In this document: positions 1-8,462 of the stretch, in pieces
How the letters are laid out: each line of letters opens with the position of its first letter
Position numbering within the stretch: position 1 is the first letter of the stretch
NCBI GenBank assembly: GCA_013141155.1
Contig: JABFRM010000145.1
Coordinates: 6,042 to 70,041 of the forward strand
Length of the DNA: 64,000 bases
DNA from: Methylococcaceae bacterium
GTDB taxonomy: Bacteria; Pseudomonadota; Gammaproteobacteria; Methylococcales; Methylomonadaceae
Direction of reading: 5' to 3'
Position numbers and translations under genes: made by a program
Notes under the pieces: generated by a model
What the model was told of the DNA's origin: nothing
Seen by the model: the letters and a program-made list of their open reading frames with translations, nothing else
The model's database searches: none

Positions 1-572
1 TTGGTGCAGCTAGCACTCTTACCCTGACTGTGGTCGGCAGCGATGTCGGCACAGGTTTGAATGGAGGCCAATACACTCTTGATGGTGGTGTAGCTATACC
101 GTTTGTAGGACTGAGTGCCTCGATAGCTACAAATACACTGTTGGCTGGTACTCATGCTGTAAGTGTTCGTTTAAAAGATTTGGCGGGCAATTTCAGTACA
201 GCAAGTAATGTGGCTTTAAATGTAGTCAGTGCCGTGAATGATTCCTATAACATTAACGCTAACACCAGCACCACTCAAAATGGTAACGTGAATGCAGCAG
301 CCGGTGTACTAGGCAATGACCAACCCTTGGGTGTGGCGGGTCGTACGGCAACGCTGGTCAGTGGGCCGACTAGAACTTTCGGAGCGGGTGCCGGTACTAT
401 TTCCTCGTTCACGCTTAACACGAATGGTTCGTTTATCTACACCCTTACCGGAGTGGGCGCGAACGGAACTGCCAGACAAACATCGAAACGGGGTACGTTC
501 CAATTCACCTACCGAGAAAACCTTAATGGCGTGCAATCAGCTCCTGCAACCGTCACCATAACAGTGAATTAA
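1..572 (+). CDS. C-terminal fragment of a large Ig-like/cadherin-like repeat surface protein (5' end lies outside the window)
   Basis: The frame is open from the window edge, and track ORF 30..572 is its internal part. The sequence is T/S/N/G/V-rich and beta-repeat-like, with motifs LKDLAGNFSTASNVALNVV and AAGVLGNDQP typical of bacterial Ig-like/VCBS adhesin repeats. A strong terminator follows it. Confidence 0.6.
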   Translation, partial: GAASTLTLTVVGSDVGTGLNGGQYTLDGGVAIPFVGLSASIATNTLLAGTHAVSVRLKDLAGNFSTASNVALNVVSAVNDSYNINANTSTTQNGNVNAAAGVLGNDQPLGVAGRTATLVSGPTRTFGAGAGTISSFTLNTNGSFIYTLTGVGANGTARQTSKRGTFQFTYRENLNGVQSAPATVTITVN

Positions 573-579
573 CAGGGTG

Positions 580-620
580 GGTGGGCAAACGATGTTATCG
601 TTTGCCCACCTTGTATTTTT
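580..620 (+). terminator. Rho-independent terminator
   Basis: A perfect 14-bp stem, GGTGGGCAAACGAT (580-593) pairing with ATCGTTTGCCCACC (597-610), has a 3-nt loop and is followed by TTGTATTTTT. Confidence 0.75.
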
Positions 621-642
621 ATAATATCCAGGAGTACAGAAA

Positions 643-1230
643 ATGATAAATCGATTCTCTATTCTCAACGATGATCACAGCGCCACTTTATCGTTACCTA
701 CTGCGGCAAGGCATTCAGCTAAAACCGCATCAAAAAACGCGGCTCACATGCAAACAAAATCAATGTCGCGTCACTTTGGGCAACTCCCTGTCATTTTGGC
801 TGCAATCGCCCTGCTCATTGGCGGCGGGTATTATTACAACCAACATGTATTACCAACACCCCCAACGATGGTTCAGCCAATAACCGGTTACCTTTCCAAC
901 GAGCAGTTGGAAGCCCAATACGGCATACGAATTACGCTTATCGCTGTGACGGCAGTGGGTGGTATCGTTGACTTCCGCTATAAGGTTGTTGACCCAGAAA
1001 AAGCCTCAAACTTACTGCATGATCCGGCGAATGCACCCACCCTGACTGCGGTAGACACTGGGCTGACGCTGTCGCCCACCCACATGGGCAGGCACCACAA
1101 CCAAATGACCATGAAGCGGGGGGCGGTGCCGTTTACTTTTTATCCCAATGTGCGCAATGCCGTGAAAGCCGGCACACCTGTTTCGGTAGCATTTGGCAAG
1201 ATTAAGGTCACGCCAATTGCCGCGCAATAA
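643..1230 (+). CDS. Hypothetical single-pass membrane-anchored periplasmic protein with a His/Met-rich patch
   Basis: The ORF is 195 aa. It has one hydrophobic helix (LPVILAAIALLIGGGYYY) followed by a beta-rich domain containing THMGRHHNQMTM. I recognise no family. The true start may be an internal Met. Confidence 0.5.
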   Translation: MINRFSILNDDHSATLSLPTAARHSAKTASKNAAHMQTKSMSRHFGQLPVILAAIALLIGGGYYYNQHVLPTPPTMVQPITGYLSNEQLEAQYGIRITLIAVTAVGGIVDFRYKVVDPEKASNLLHDPANAPTLTAVDTGLTLSPTHMGRHHNQMTMKRGAVPFTFYPNVRNAVKAGTPVSVAFGKIKVTPIAAQ

Positions 1231-1252
1231 TTTTATAGCTGAGGTTTGTGTC

Positions 1253-3892
1253 ATGAAAACTATTCTGTTTATCGCACTGGGTCTTAACTTGACTTGTTAT
1301 GTAACCACTAGCGTTGCGGCAAATTCAGCGTCGGTGAAAATTGCATCCGAAGTGCAGTCTGCACTGGTCTCTGCGCCTTTAACACAAGAAATAACCGTGA
1401 TTGTGCATTTAAAAGCCCAACCCAACCTTAAGTCTTTTCGATATTTAAAACGAGCTGATCGAATTAAGGGCGTAGTTGAAAGACTACAAAATAACGCCGA
1501 ATTTTCTCAACGTAATCTGAAAGCTGAACTGGAATTTCGCCAAGGTCAGGGACTGATCAAAAAATTCAAATCTTTCTGGATATTTAATGGCTTCTCCGTA
1601 ACCGCCACCCCGAATGTAATTATGGCATTGGCTAATCGCACCGATGTGGAAACGATTGAAGCGGATGAAATCAACATTGTGCCAGCAGCGATGCCCCCCG
1701 AACCCAATCTCTCTTTAATTAGGGTACCGGATATCTGGATCCAAAGTTTCAACGGTCAAGGCGTGGTGATAGCTAATCTGGACAGCGGCGTGGACAACAC
1801 CCATCCTGACCTCGCCAATCGTTGGCGGGGTGGCGCTAACAGTTGGTTCGACCCTTACGCACAACACGCAACGCCTTATGATCCAACTGGGCACGGCACT
1901 TGGACAATGGGATTGATGGTCGGTGGCGACGCTGGTGCAACCTCTATCGGCGTAGCGCCAGGTGCGCAGTGGATCGCTGCTAAAATCTTCAAGGACAATG
2001 GCACTGCTACCGCAACCGGCATCCATTTGGCTTTTCAGTGGCTTTTGGATCCGGATAACAATCCAACCACCGCCGATGCGCCGGATGTCGTCAACAATTC
2101 CTGGGCTTATGGTACGCCGGGCTGCAACTTGGCTTTTCAGCCTGATCTTCAGGCGTTGGTAGCTGCGGGTATTGTGCCAGTGTTTGCTGCTGGGAACTAT
2201 GGCCCTGGTAGCAACACCAGTGTCAGCCCAGCGAATTACCCAGAAGCCTTGTCGGTGGGTGCCACCAATAATCTCGATCAACTCTATGTTGGCAGCAGCA
2301 AAGGCCCCTCGGCTTGCGGTGAAGCCGCTACAATCTATCCAAAGCTCGTGGCGCCAGGTGTCAATGTATCCACCACCGATCTGTTTGGTTTTTATACCAG
2401 CCAAACCGGAACCTCCCTATCCGCACCCCATGTGGCGGGCAGCTTAGCTTTATTGCTTAGCGCCTATCCCCAATTAACCGTGGAACAACAACGCAATGCT
2501 TTACTGCTATCTGCGGTCGATTTGGGAGTGCTTGGGCCTGACAACAGCTTCGGTTATGGTCGCCTCGACTTAGCGGCGGCTTACGATTGGATAGCACACA
2601 ACGTCAGCAATCCTCCTCCAACCGATACTACTGGCCCTACAACTACTATTGTTAATGCAAATCCAAACCCCAACAACGGAACGCTGGGGTTTGATGCCAA
2701 AACTCCTGCGGTGCGCGTGACCGCTACGGTGAGCGATCCCGTCATTAACGGTTTGCAATCCAGCGTGAATGCCGCCGAAGTCTTCATAGACGCGGTGAGC
2801 AACAATGGTTCCGGCATACCCTTGCTTGCCAGTGACGGCGTGTTCAATAATGCCACTGAAGCCACCTATGCAAATCTTCCGCTTACGACTATTGCACAGC
2901 TCAGCGAGGGTTCGCATATTCTTTATGTACATGGTAAAGATTTGCTTGGTAATTGGGGGGCAATCAGTAATACCACCTTAAGCATCGACAAAACTCCGCC
3001 AACTATTAGCAATGTCAATACGACATCGAGCGGCACCGCCGTTAATTTAACGGCTATCGCTGTCGATCCCGCCTTGGGCAGTATTGCCTTGGCAGAATGG
3101 TTCGAGAACCCCGATCCAGGTGTGGGGCTTGGGCAAGCGATGTCAGTATCAGGTACCGCGATTACCGCCACGCTTAATACTAACACTTGGACTTCCGGCA
3201 ATCACGCCCTGTTGGTGCGCGCCCGTGATGCGGCTGGCAATTGGAGCGCCGCAGTGTCAACAAGCGTTACCGTACCCCCTGCGAATGCCGTTTTTGCTGA
3301 CAGCTTTGAGTCCAATAACTTTGCGGCCTGGAATAACGGCGTTGTCGGCACGCGTATTAGCGTTAATACTGCCGCCAATATGACCACTGGTATTTACGGC
3401 ATGCAAGCCACGCTTGGCAATGGCACTGTCCCCAGCTACGTTACCGACGGCACACCGACACTTGAAAAAAGCTACCATGCACGGTTCTATTTCAATCCGC
3501 ACAGCGCAAGTCCGGGTATCGGGCAAGTGACGATTTTCGCTGGATTGAATGCGCTTAATACGACGCTCTTTCAGGTACAATTCCAACGCAACGGCAGTAA
3601 CTATCAAATACGAGGCTCGGCGTTGCGGGCAAGCGGAACGATCAATACCGGCTGGTTTAACATTACCAATAACACCCATACTATCGAAATCGCCTGGCAA
3701 TCTGGCACCTCAGCGTCGTTTCAGTTATACACCGATGCCGTACTCAAACAGACGCTTAGCGCCCTGAACACCAGCGCTTATTTATTAGATACCGTACGAT
3801 TAGGGCCATCTGCGGGCCTTGTTAATGCAGCCAGCGGGAGCTTGTATTTCGACGATTTCGCCTCAACGAGGAATACCGTTATTGGGCCATAA
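1253..3892 (+). CDS. Secreted subtilisin-like serine protease (peptidase S8) with an N-terminal I9-type propeptide, Ig-like repeats and a C-terminal LamG/concanavalin-like domain
   Basis: The catalytic triad motifs are present: NLDSGVD (Asp), HGTWTMG (His) and GTSLSAPHVAG (Ser). Signal peptide MKTILFIALGLNL begins at ATG 1253, with GAGG 8 nt upstream, so the track start at 1193 is probably too long. The C-terminal part repeats D(L/A)xGNW...S Ig-like motifs. Confidence 0.9.
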   Translation: MKTILFIALGLNLTCYVTTSVAANSASVKIASEVQSALVSAPLTQEITVIVHLKAQPNLKSFRYLKRADRIKGVVERLQNNAEFSQRNLKAELEFRQGQGLIKKFKSFWIFNGFSVTATPNVIMALANRTDVETIEADEINIVPAAMPPEPNLSLIRVPDIWIQSFNGQGVVIANLDSGVDNTHPDLANRWRGGANSWFDPYAQHATPYDPTGHGTWTMGLMVGGDAGATSIGVAPGAQWIAAKIFKDNGTATATGIHLAFQWLLDPDNNPTTADAPDVVNNSWAYGTPGCNLAFQPDLQALVAAGIVPVFAAGNYGPGSNTSVSPANYPEALSVGATNNLDQLYVGSSKGPSACGEAATIYPKLVAPGVNVSTTDLFGFYTSQTGTSLSAPHVAGSLALLLSAYPQLTVEQQRNALLLSAVDLGVLGPDNSFGYGRLDLAAAYDWIAHNVSNPPPTDTTGPTTTIVNANPNPNNGTLGFDAKTPAVRVTATVSDPVINGLQSSVNAAEVFIDAVSNNGSGIPLLASDGVFNNATEATYANLPLTTIAQLSEGSHILYVHGKDLLGNWGAISNTTLSIDKTPPTISNVNTTSSGTAVNLTAIAVDPALGSIALAEWFENPDPGVGLGQAMSVSGTAITATLNTNTWTSGNHALLVRARDAAGNWSAAVSTSVTVPPANAVFADSFESNNFAAWNNGVVGTRISVNTAANMTTGIYGMQATLGNGTVPSYVTDGTPTLEKSYHARFYFNPHSASPGIGQVTIFAGLNALNTTLFQVQFQRNGSNYQIRGSALRASGTINTGWFNITNNTHTIEIAWQSGTSASFQLYTDAVLKQTLSALNTSAYLLDTVRLGPSAGLVNAASGSLYFDDFASTRNTVIGP

Positions 3893-3922
3893 CTTCAAAT
3901 TTAAATGCGCTTGGGTCAAATA

Positions 3923-5569
3923 ATGAAGCTAAAAAAATTGTTACTGATTTTAAGCATAATAAGTTTGTTGTGGTGTTCAAGCTTACTGATCGAGAAAGCA
4001 CGCATAACCGAGGATGCACAACTGCTCGAGGCAGGTAAAAGCCTCTATCGGGAAGGCGTTCTGACCAACGGACAGCCATTAAACGGTATTTCCATGGGCG
4101 AAATAGTCTTGACTGGCGCACAGGCCGCTTGCGTGAATTGCCATCGCCGCAGCGGCATGGGTGCCTCGGAAGCAGGGCAACGGGTGCTGCCCATAACCGG
4201 TGCAGCATTATACCAACCAGGGCCGCCGAGTCTTTGGTATCAGCATAACACCAGCCAGCCGAACGAAAACCCTTTGCGTCCCGCCTACACCGACAGCACA
4301 CTTGCCAAAGCGATACACGAGGGCATTACGCCGACGGGGCGCACTTTGCAGCCGGTTATGCCCCGCTTCAATTTAAACGCTGCTGACCGTAAAGCTTTGC
4401 TCGCTTACTTAAAATCGCTGTCCAATCCTTCATTAGCTGTCGATGCAGACACTATTCACTGGGCGACAGTTATTACGCCGGATGCCAATCCTGCCGAGCG
4501 CAGCGCTACCCTTGATTTAATGGCGGCATTCTTTAAAGACAAAAACGCCCAGATCAGTAATTACCTGCACAGCGGGCATATTCCACCTAATCGTGGCTAT
4601 GCCCCTTTGCGCAAATGGGTGCTGCATGTGTGGGAATTACAAGGGGAGCCAGAAACTTGGGGTAATCAACTTACGGCACATTTTAACAAACGTCCAGTTT
4701 TGGCGGTGCTTGCTGGGGTCGGCGGTGATCACTGTCTTCCAGTCCACACCTTTTGCGAAAACCAGGAAGTGGCTTGCCTGTTCCCGAATACCAACGTACC
4801 CCCGATACAAGACAATGACTTTTACTCGCGCTACTTTTCCAAAGGCCTAACTCTCGAAGCTGAGGTGCTGGCGGAATTCTTACGCACAAATCAGACGCAA
4901 CAACCAACGCACATCTTACAAGTATATCGCCAAGGGTTGCAGGGGGAGGTTCCGGCAACTATCTTCCGGCAAGTTATACAGCCGAACGGCAACATCAAAT
5001 TAGGTAACCGCCAGATTGCCCCTAAAGAAAAGCTCGATACGCTATTTTGGCACCGGCTGATAGAAACCGAACGTCCAGATGCACTGGTGCTTTGGCTGCG
5101 TGAGCAGGATTTAGCCAGTTTAGACTTAACTGCGCAACTACCGCATACCGTCTATCTTTCTGGACATTTGTTGAAAGGTCGAGCGTCCACTTTTGTGAAA
5201 CCACCCCTCAACAAGGTTTATCTCATTTCTCCTTGGGAGCCACAACAGGCGAACGTCGAGCGTTTTATTCGGATGCGTGAATGGATGGAAGATAAAAATT
5301 TGCAAGTTACTGACGAACTGTTACAAGGTAATATTTTGTGGTTTTTATGGTTGCTGGATGATGCCGTTGAGCAAATCACTCATCATTTCTCTTCAGATTA
5401 CCTTATAGAACGGATTGAAGACATAACGGGCGATTATAGTAGCGCGTCCCCGTACCCACGCATCAGTCTGGGTCTAGGGCAACGCTTCGCCGCCAAAGGC
5501 TGTTATATATTAGCGTTAGGGACGAACGGGCAATGGCAGCCCATCGGCAATCTTATCGTACCGCCTTAA
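3923..5569 (+). CDS. Secreted c-type cytochrome domain fused to a ~400-aa periplasmic-binding-protein-like domain
   Basis: The signal peptide is MKLKKLLLILSIISLLW. A single CXXCH haem motif (ACVNCHRRSGMG) lies in the first ~130 aa. The rest resembles type-1 periplasmic solute-binding folds (alternating beta-alpha pattern), which is a weak call. The start could be 3905 or 3923. Confidence 0.6.
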   Translation: MKLKKLLLILSIISLLWCSSLLIEKARITEDAQLLEAGKSLYREGVLTNGQPLNGISMGEIVLTGAQAACVNCHRRSGMGASEAGQRVLPITGAALYQPGPPSLWYQHNTSQPNENPLRPAYTDSTLAKAIHEGITPTGRTLQPVMPRFNLNAADRKALLAYLKSLSNPSLAVDADTIHWATVITPDANPAERSATLDLMAAFFKDKNAQISNYLHSGHIPPNRGYAPLRKWVLHVWELQGEPETWGNQLTAHFNKRPVLAVLAGVGGDHCLPVHTFCENQEVACLFPNTNVPPIQDNDFYSRYFSKGLTLEAEVLAEFLRTNQTQQPTHILQVYRQGLQGEVPATIFRQVIQPNGNIKLGNRQIAPKEKLDTLFWHRLIETERPDALVLWLREQDLASLDLTAQLPHTVYLSGHLLKGRASTFVKPPLNKVYLISPWEPQQANVERFIRMREWMEDKNLQVTDELLQGNILWFLWLLDDAVEQITHHFSSDYLIERIEDITGDYSSASPYPRISLGLGQRFAAKGCYILALGTNGQWQPIGNLIVPP

Positions 5570-5598
5570 TCTGGCCATGTGCGTCCCCCTAACCATAG

Positions 5599-5704
5599 GT
5601 GTCTACACAAGTTTTTTACAATTAAAATACAATGAGTTATAAAGCGTAACGCCATCATTCCGGCATCCATGCCGGAATGACGGGTTTGAAATTTGTGTAG
5701 ATAC
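5599..5704. repeat. 106-bp MITE/REP-like palindromic element between convergent genes
   Basis: The terminal inverted repeats are GTGTCTACACAAGTTT (5599-5614) and the reverse complement of AAATTTGTGTAGATAC (5689-5704), matching at 14/16 positions. An internal near-perfect hairpin reads TCATTCCGGCAT-CC-ATGCCGGAATGA. The CATTCCGGC and AAGCGTAAC modules are shared with the elements at 8.2, 9.2 and 13.8 kb. Confidence 0.55.
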
Positions 5705-5720
5705 TTATTGCCACCTAACA

Positions 5721-6377
5721 CTATTTTTTCAGTTTATTTAACCCCCATAAACCCGCAAAACCCACTAAAATAGCCAGCAACAAACTAACCCACGCTTGAA
5801 TATTCCAGGCCATGACATAGCTATCCGCTTTAACTGGCGCACTTACGCCTGGAATACTCGGCAGATCACCATCACCACCCGCTACTTTAAGCTGCGCTTT
5901 CATACCTTTTTCCATGTGCTGCGGCACTTCGCAATGCACCAGATAGGTTTTAGGGTCGCTGGGGACAATCAATGACGCTTTTTTCTCGCCTGGCCCATAG
6001 ATTTCCATGGTGAACATGCCATCTGAATACAGATAGCCCGGTAAACCGTGAATCATCAACTGGTGGCGGATATGATCATCATTAATGAAGGTAATGTTAA
6101 TGCGCGAACAGCCCGCCACGTCCCATTTTTGTTGATCAAAAGCAAACATTTTGCCATTGAATTTTTTGGCATGCTTATGTCCGGCGCGAATGGTCAAATT
6201 AACCTCACCGGCAATTTTGGGGCAATCTTTCGGCAAGTTGTTGGTATTTTCATTCATGATCATGCCTTTTTCATCCATGGTCATGCCGTGATGCTGCATG
6301 GTGATGGCGTGTGCAACAGGCAACAATAGGCCTAAACAACTGGTTAAAACTAATTTTTTAAGCAACATAACCATCAA
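5721..6377 (-). CDS. Membrane-anchored type-1 copper (cupredoxin, plastocyanin/amicyanin-like) protein
   Basis: It has a signal peptide, an N-terminal Met/His-rich stretch (MQHHGMTMDEKGMIMNE) and T1 copper ligands (HQLMIHG ... HCEVPQHMEKGM, i.e. C-x4-H-x4-M). A C-terminal TM helix is present (AWVSLLLAILVGFAGLWGL). Its start overlaps the upstream MCO stop by 4 nt. Confidence 0.75.
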   Translation of the reverse strand: MMVMLLKKLVLTSCLGLLLPVAHAITMQHHGMTMDEKGMIMNENTNNLPKDCPKIAGEVNLTIRAGHKHAKKFNGKMFAFDQQKWDVAGCSRINITFINDDHIRHQLMIHGLPGYLYSDGMFTMEIYGPGEKKASLIVPSDPKTYLVHCEVPQHMEKGMKAQLKVAGGDGDLPSIPGVSAPVKADSYVMAWNIQAWVSLLLAILVGFAGLWGLNKLKK

Positions 6378-8032
6378 CCTGCCTTTTTAGAGCCGCGAAT
6401 TAAAAACAGCAACAGTCCCAGCAATAACCCAACCACTAAACCGAATGCAATCAAACGCAAGGTGTCTGGCACTAAAACATCGGCATCGCCCAATAATTGT
6501 GCAAAATCACCTTCCGCCCACAACGGTTTTTCTTTGGCGTAATAGGCGGGCGAGAAATACTCATCCATGCCACTATGGCCTTTGGGCATGCCTTTGTCAT
6601 CCAAAAAGCTTTGGTAGGCGAGCAAAGCCATATTGCCACCCGGACTCATGCCATTAGTAGTAATACCGTTTTCGATATGGTCATGAAACATCCATAAGCC
6701 TTCACCATAGCTATGCAGCCCATCATTGACCGTTTGTAAACTAAGGTCAATACGCTGTGCCGGCGCAACATCAAAAACATCGCGGGTAATTTGTTGCGCC
6801 TCTGGCCGTTCCACGCCGTCATAATCGGTAATGGTCGCCTTATGCCCGTGGATATGCACTGCAATTGGCGAATTTTGCATATTGGCAATGCGTAATTTAA
6901 TGTTTTGGTTGGGCTTGGCGACAATCATGGCGTCCCGCATCGTATAAGGAAACGCGTGACCATTGAGTAAATACTGGTCTTCATGCGACTGGTTAATATC
7001 GTATACGCGGTGCATTTGTTTGTTGATCAAGCGCGGGTCATTGTATTGCTGGATGATGCCCGCCATTTGATTATCGACACTTTGATAGTGCAAATCATAT
7101 TCCTGATCGTATTTTTCAGCGCTGGCAACGGAAGCATGGCGCACCTGGCCTGCCCCGATATTAAAGGTTTGCACCCAATTATTCGGGCGATTCTCTTCAA
7201 TCACTATCATGCCGCCCAGCCCCATCATCATGTGTTTATCGGTTTGCACATGGCAATGATAGAGCATGGTACCGGTATGACGCGGCTGAAATTCATAGGT
7301 TTTACTGTCACCTGGAAAGACCGGCGCATGGTCAGTGCCATCATTATCCTCGCCCGCAGCGGTTTGAAAGGGATGATCGACCCCATGAAAATGAATGGTA
7401 TGCGGAAAGTAGTGGGTATTTTCCAGGGTGACGAAAACCTTATCCCCTTGCTCTACGCGCAACACGGGTGACGGCGCACGCAACATATACAAGGCTTCTT
7501 TTGAGCGAAAATTCTTGGTCGCCATGTCGCTGGTTTTAGGCGCAAACACCCATAATCCCGGCTGTATGCCCGGCGCGGTATTGTAAGTAAAGGCTAAAAA
7601 CTCGCCATCCGGTGAAAAACCATTCAGCTCAATAACTTCCAGTTTAATATTGATAATATCAGGGTCGCCATCACCATCCAAATCCTCTCCCAAAGTGAGT
7701 GCATCTTGTGCAAAATGCGTACTCATCAGCGTTTTCATCGACACATGATTGGCGCCTTTTGCTGCAAAAGCAATATCATAGGGGTTGTCAGGGTCACATA
7801 ATACCGATTCTGCAATTTTCACCCCATCAATCTCTTGTGCTTTACGCCAGTCAGGATGCTCATTTTTACACGGCGCTTCCTGCACTGTTTGCGTGGTGGT
7901 CTTAGGCGCAAGATTGGTTGCAGGCACAATCGCAGTGCTGCTGTTAATAAAATCCGGCTTTAACCAGATCGCTAAGGGTACAAGTAGTAGCAATAGCAGT
8001 GATGCAAACAGGCGGATTTTTTTAGGTGACAT
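6374..8032 (-). CDS. Two-domain multicopper oxidase (T1 site in the first cupredoxin domain), membrane anchored
   Basis: The copper motifs occur in the order HFHG, HCHVQTDKHMMMG, HIHGH, FHDH. There is an N-terminal signal/anchor and a C-terminal TM helix (LIAFGLVVGLLLGLLLFLI). It overlaps the downstream cupredoxin gene by 4 nt. Confidence 0.85.
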   Translation of the reverse strand: MSPKKIRLFASLLLLLLVPLAIWLKPDFINSSTAIVPATNLAPKTTTQTVQEAPCKNEHPDWRKAQEIDGVKIAESVLCDPDNPYDIAFAAKGANHVSMKTLMSTHFAQDALTLGEDLDGDGDPDIINIKLEVIELNGFSPDGEFLAFTYNTAPGIQPGLWVFAPKTSDMATKNFRSKEALYMLRAPSPVLRVEQGDKVFVTLENTHYFPHTIHFHGVDHPFQTAAGEDNDGTDHAPVFPGDSKTYEFQPRHTGTMLYHCHVQTDKHMMMGLGGMIVIEENRPNNWVQTFNIGAGQVRHASVASAEKYDQEYDLHYQSVDNQMAGIIQQYNDPRLINKQMHRVYDINQSHEDQYLLNGHAFPYTMRDAMIVAKPNQNIKLRIANMQNSPIAVHIHGHKATITDYDGVERPEAQQITRDVFDVAPAQRIDLSLQTVNDGLHSYGEGLWMFHDHIENGITTNGMSPGGNMALLAYQSFLDDKGMPKGHSGMDEYFSPAYYAKEKPLWAEGDFAQLLGDADVLVPDTLRLIAFGLVVGLLLGLLLFLIRGSKKAG

Positions 8033-8225
8033 CTTTATACTGGCTGGCTATGGAGTGATGGGGCTTAATGACTGCTTAAAAAGTCTTTGGCGTAAATGAG
8101 AGCCAGACTATTTCAAATAGTTCATTGTAATCCATTAACCTAAGCATAATCTCCCCCTAGCGGTTATTAAATGCGTAACATCAGTTAATTAAGATCATCA
8201 AGCGATATTAACGCTCCTATTGGCC

Positions 8226-8287
8226 CTATGTGAAATACAATGAGTAAAGCACCTTCAGCGAAACAGGGTTAAGCGTAAACCCGTTCG
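8226..8287. repeat. Left copy of a ~60-bp inverted repeat flanking the neuD-like gene
   Basis: The core at 8244-8287, GTAAAGCACCTTCAGCGAAACAGGGTTAAGCGTAAACCCGTTCG, matches the reverse complement of 9155-9198 at 39/44 positions. Weaker similarity extends outward (GCCCTATG...). Confidence 0.65.
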
Positions 8288-8462
8288 TCCGCGATTGTAT
8301 GGATGCAGGAGAGAGCGCGACGCAGGAGCAGTTGCAGATAGCTTGTCAAAGGGTTGAGCGCGCGTTGTGTGGTTCACCAAATAGGTTTCTTCACGCCCAA
8401 CTTATTTTTTAGGATTAATCATAATCACTTAAAAACTGAGCTAAAAACACCGCCATTCACAT

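Noticed and set aside
1193-1252. Long N-terminal extensions in track ORFs (1193 for the S8 protease, 46609 for rsmD, 50160 for the TlpA-like gene, 52639 for the activator, 36435 for acyP)
   Set aside because: The extensions overlap upstream genes or precede obvious signal peptides or conserved N-termini. Internal starts with better context were preferred.
1838-1860. GGTTCGAC-type T-loop-like string suggesting a tRNA
   Set aside because: It lies inside the S8 protease coding frame, and no acceptor or anticodon stems can be drawn around it. No tRNA, rRNA or tmRNA-like structure was found in any intergenic region.
6983-7471. 162-aa + strand ORF inside the multicopper oxidase gene
   Set aside because: It is antisense to a CDS that carries all the copper-ligand motifs. 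Its product is hydrophobic and low-complexity, with no start context.
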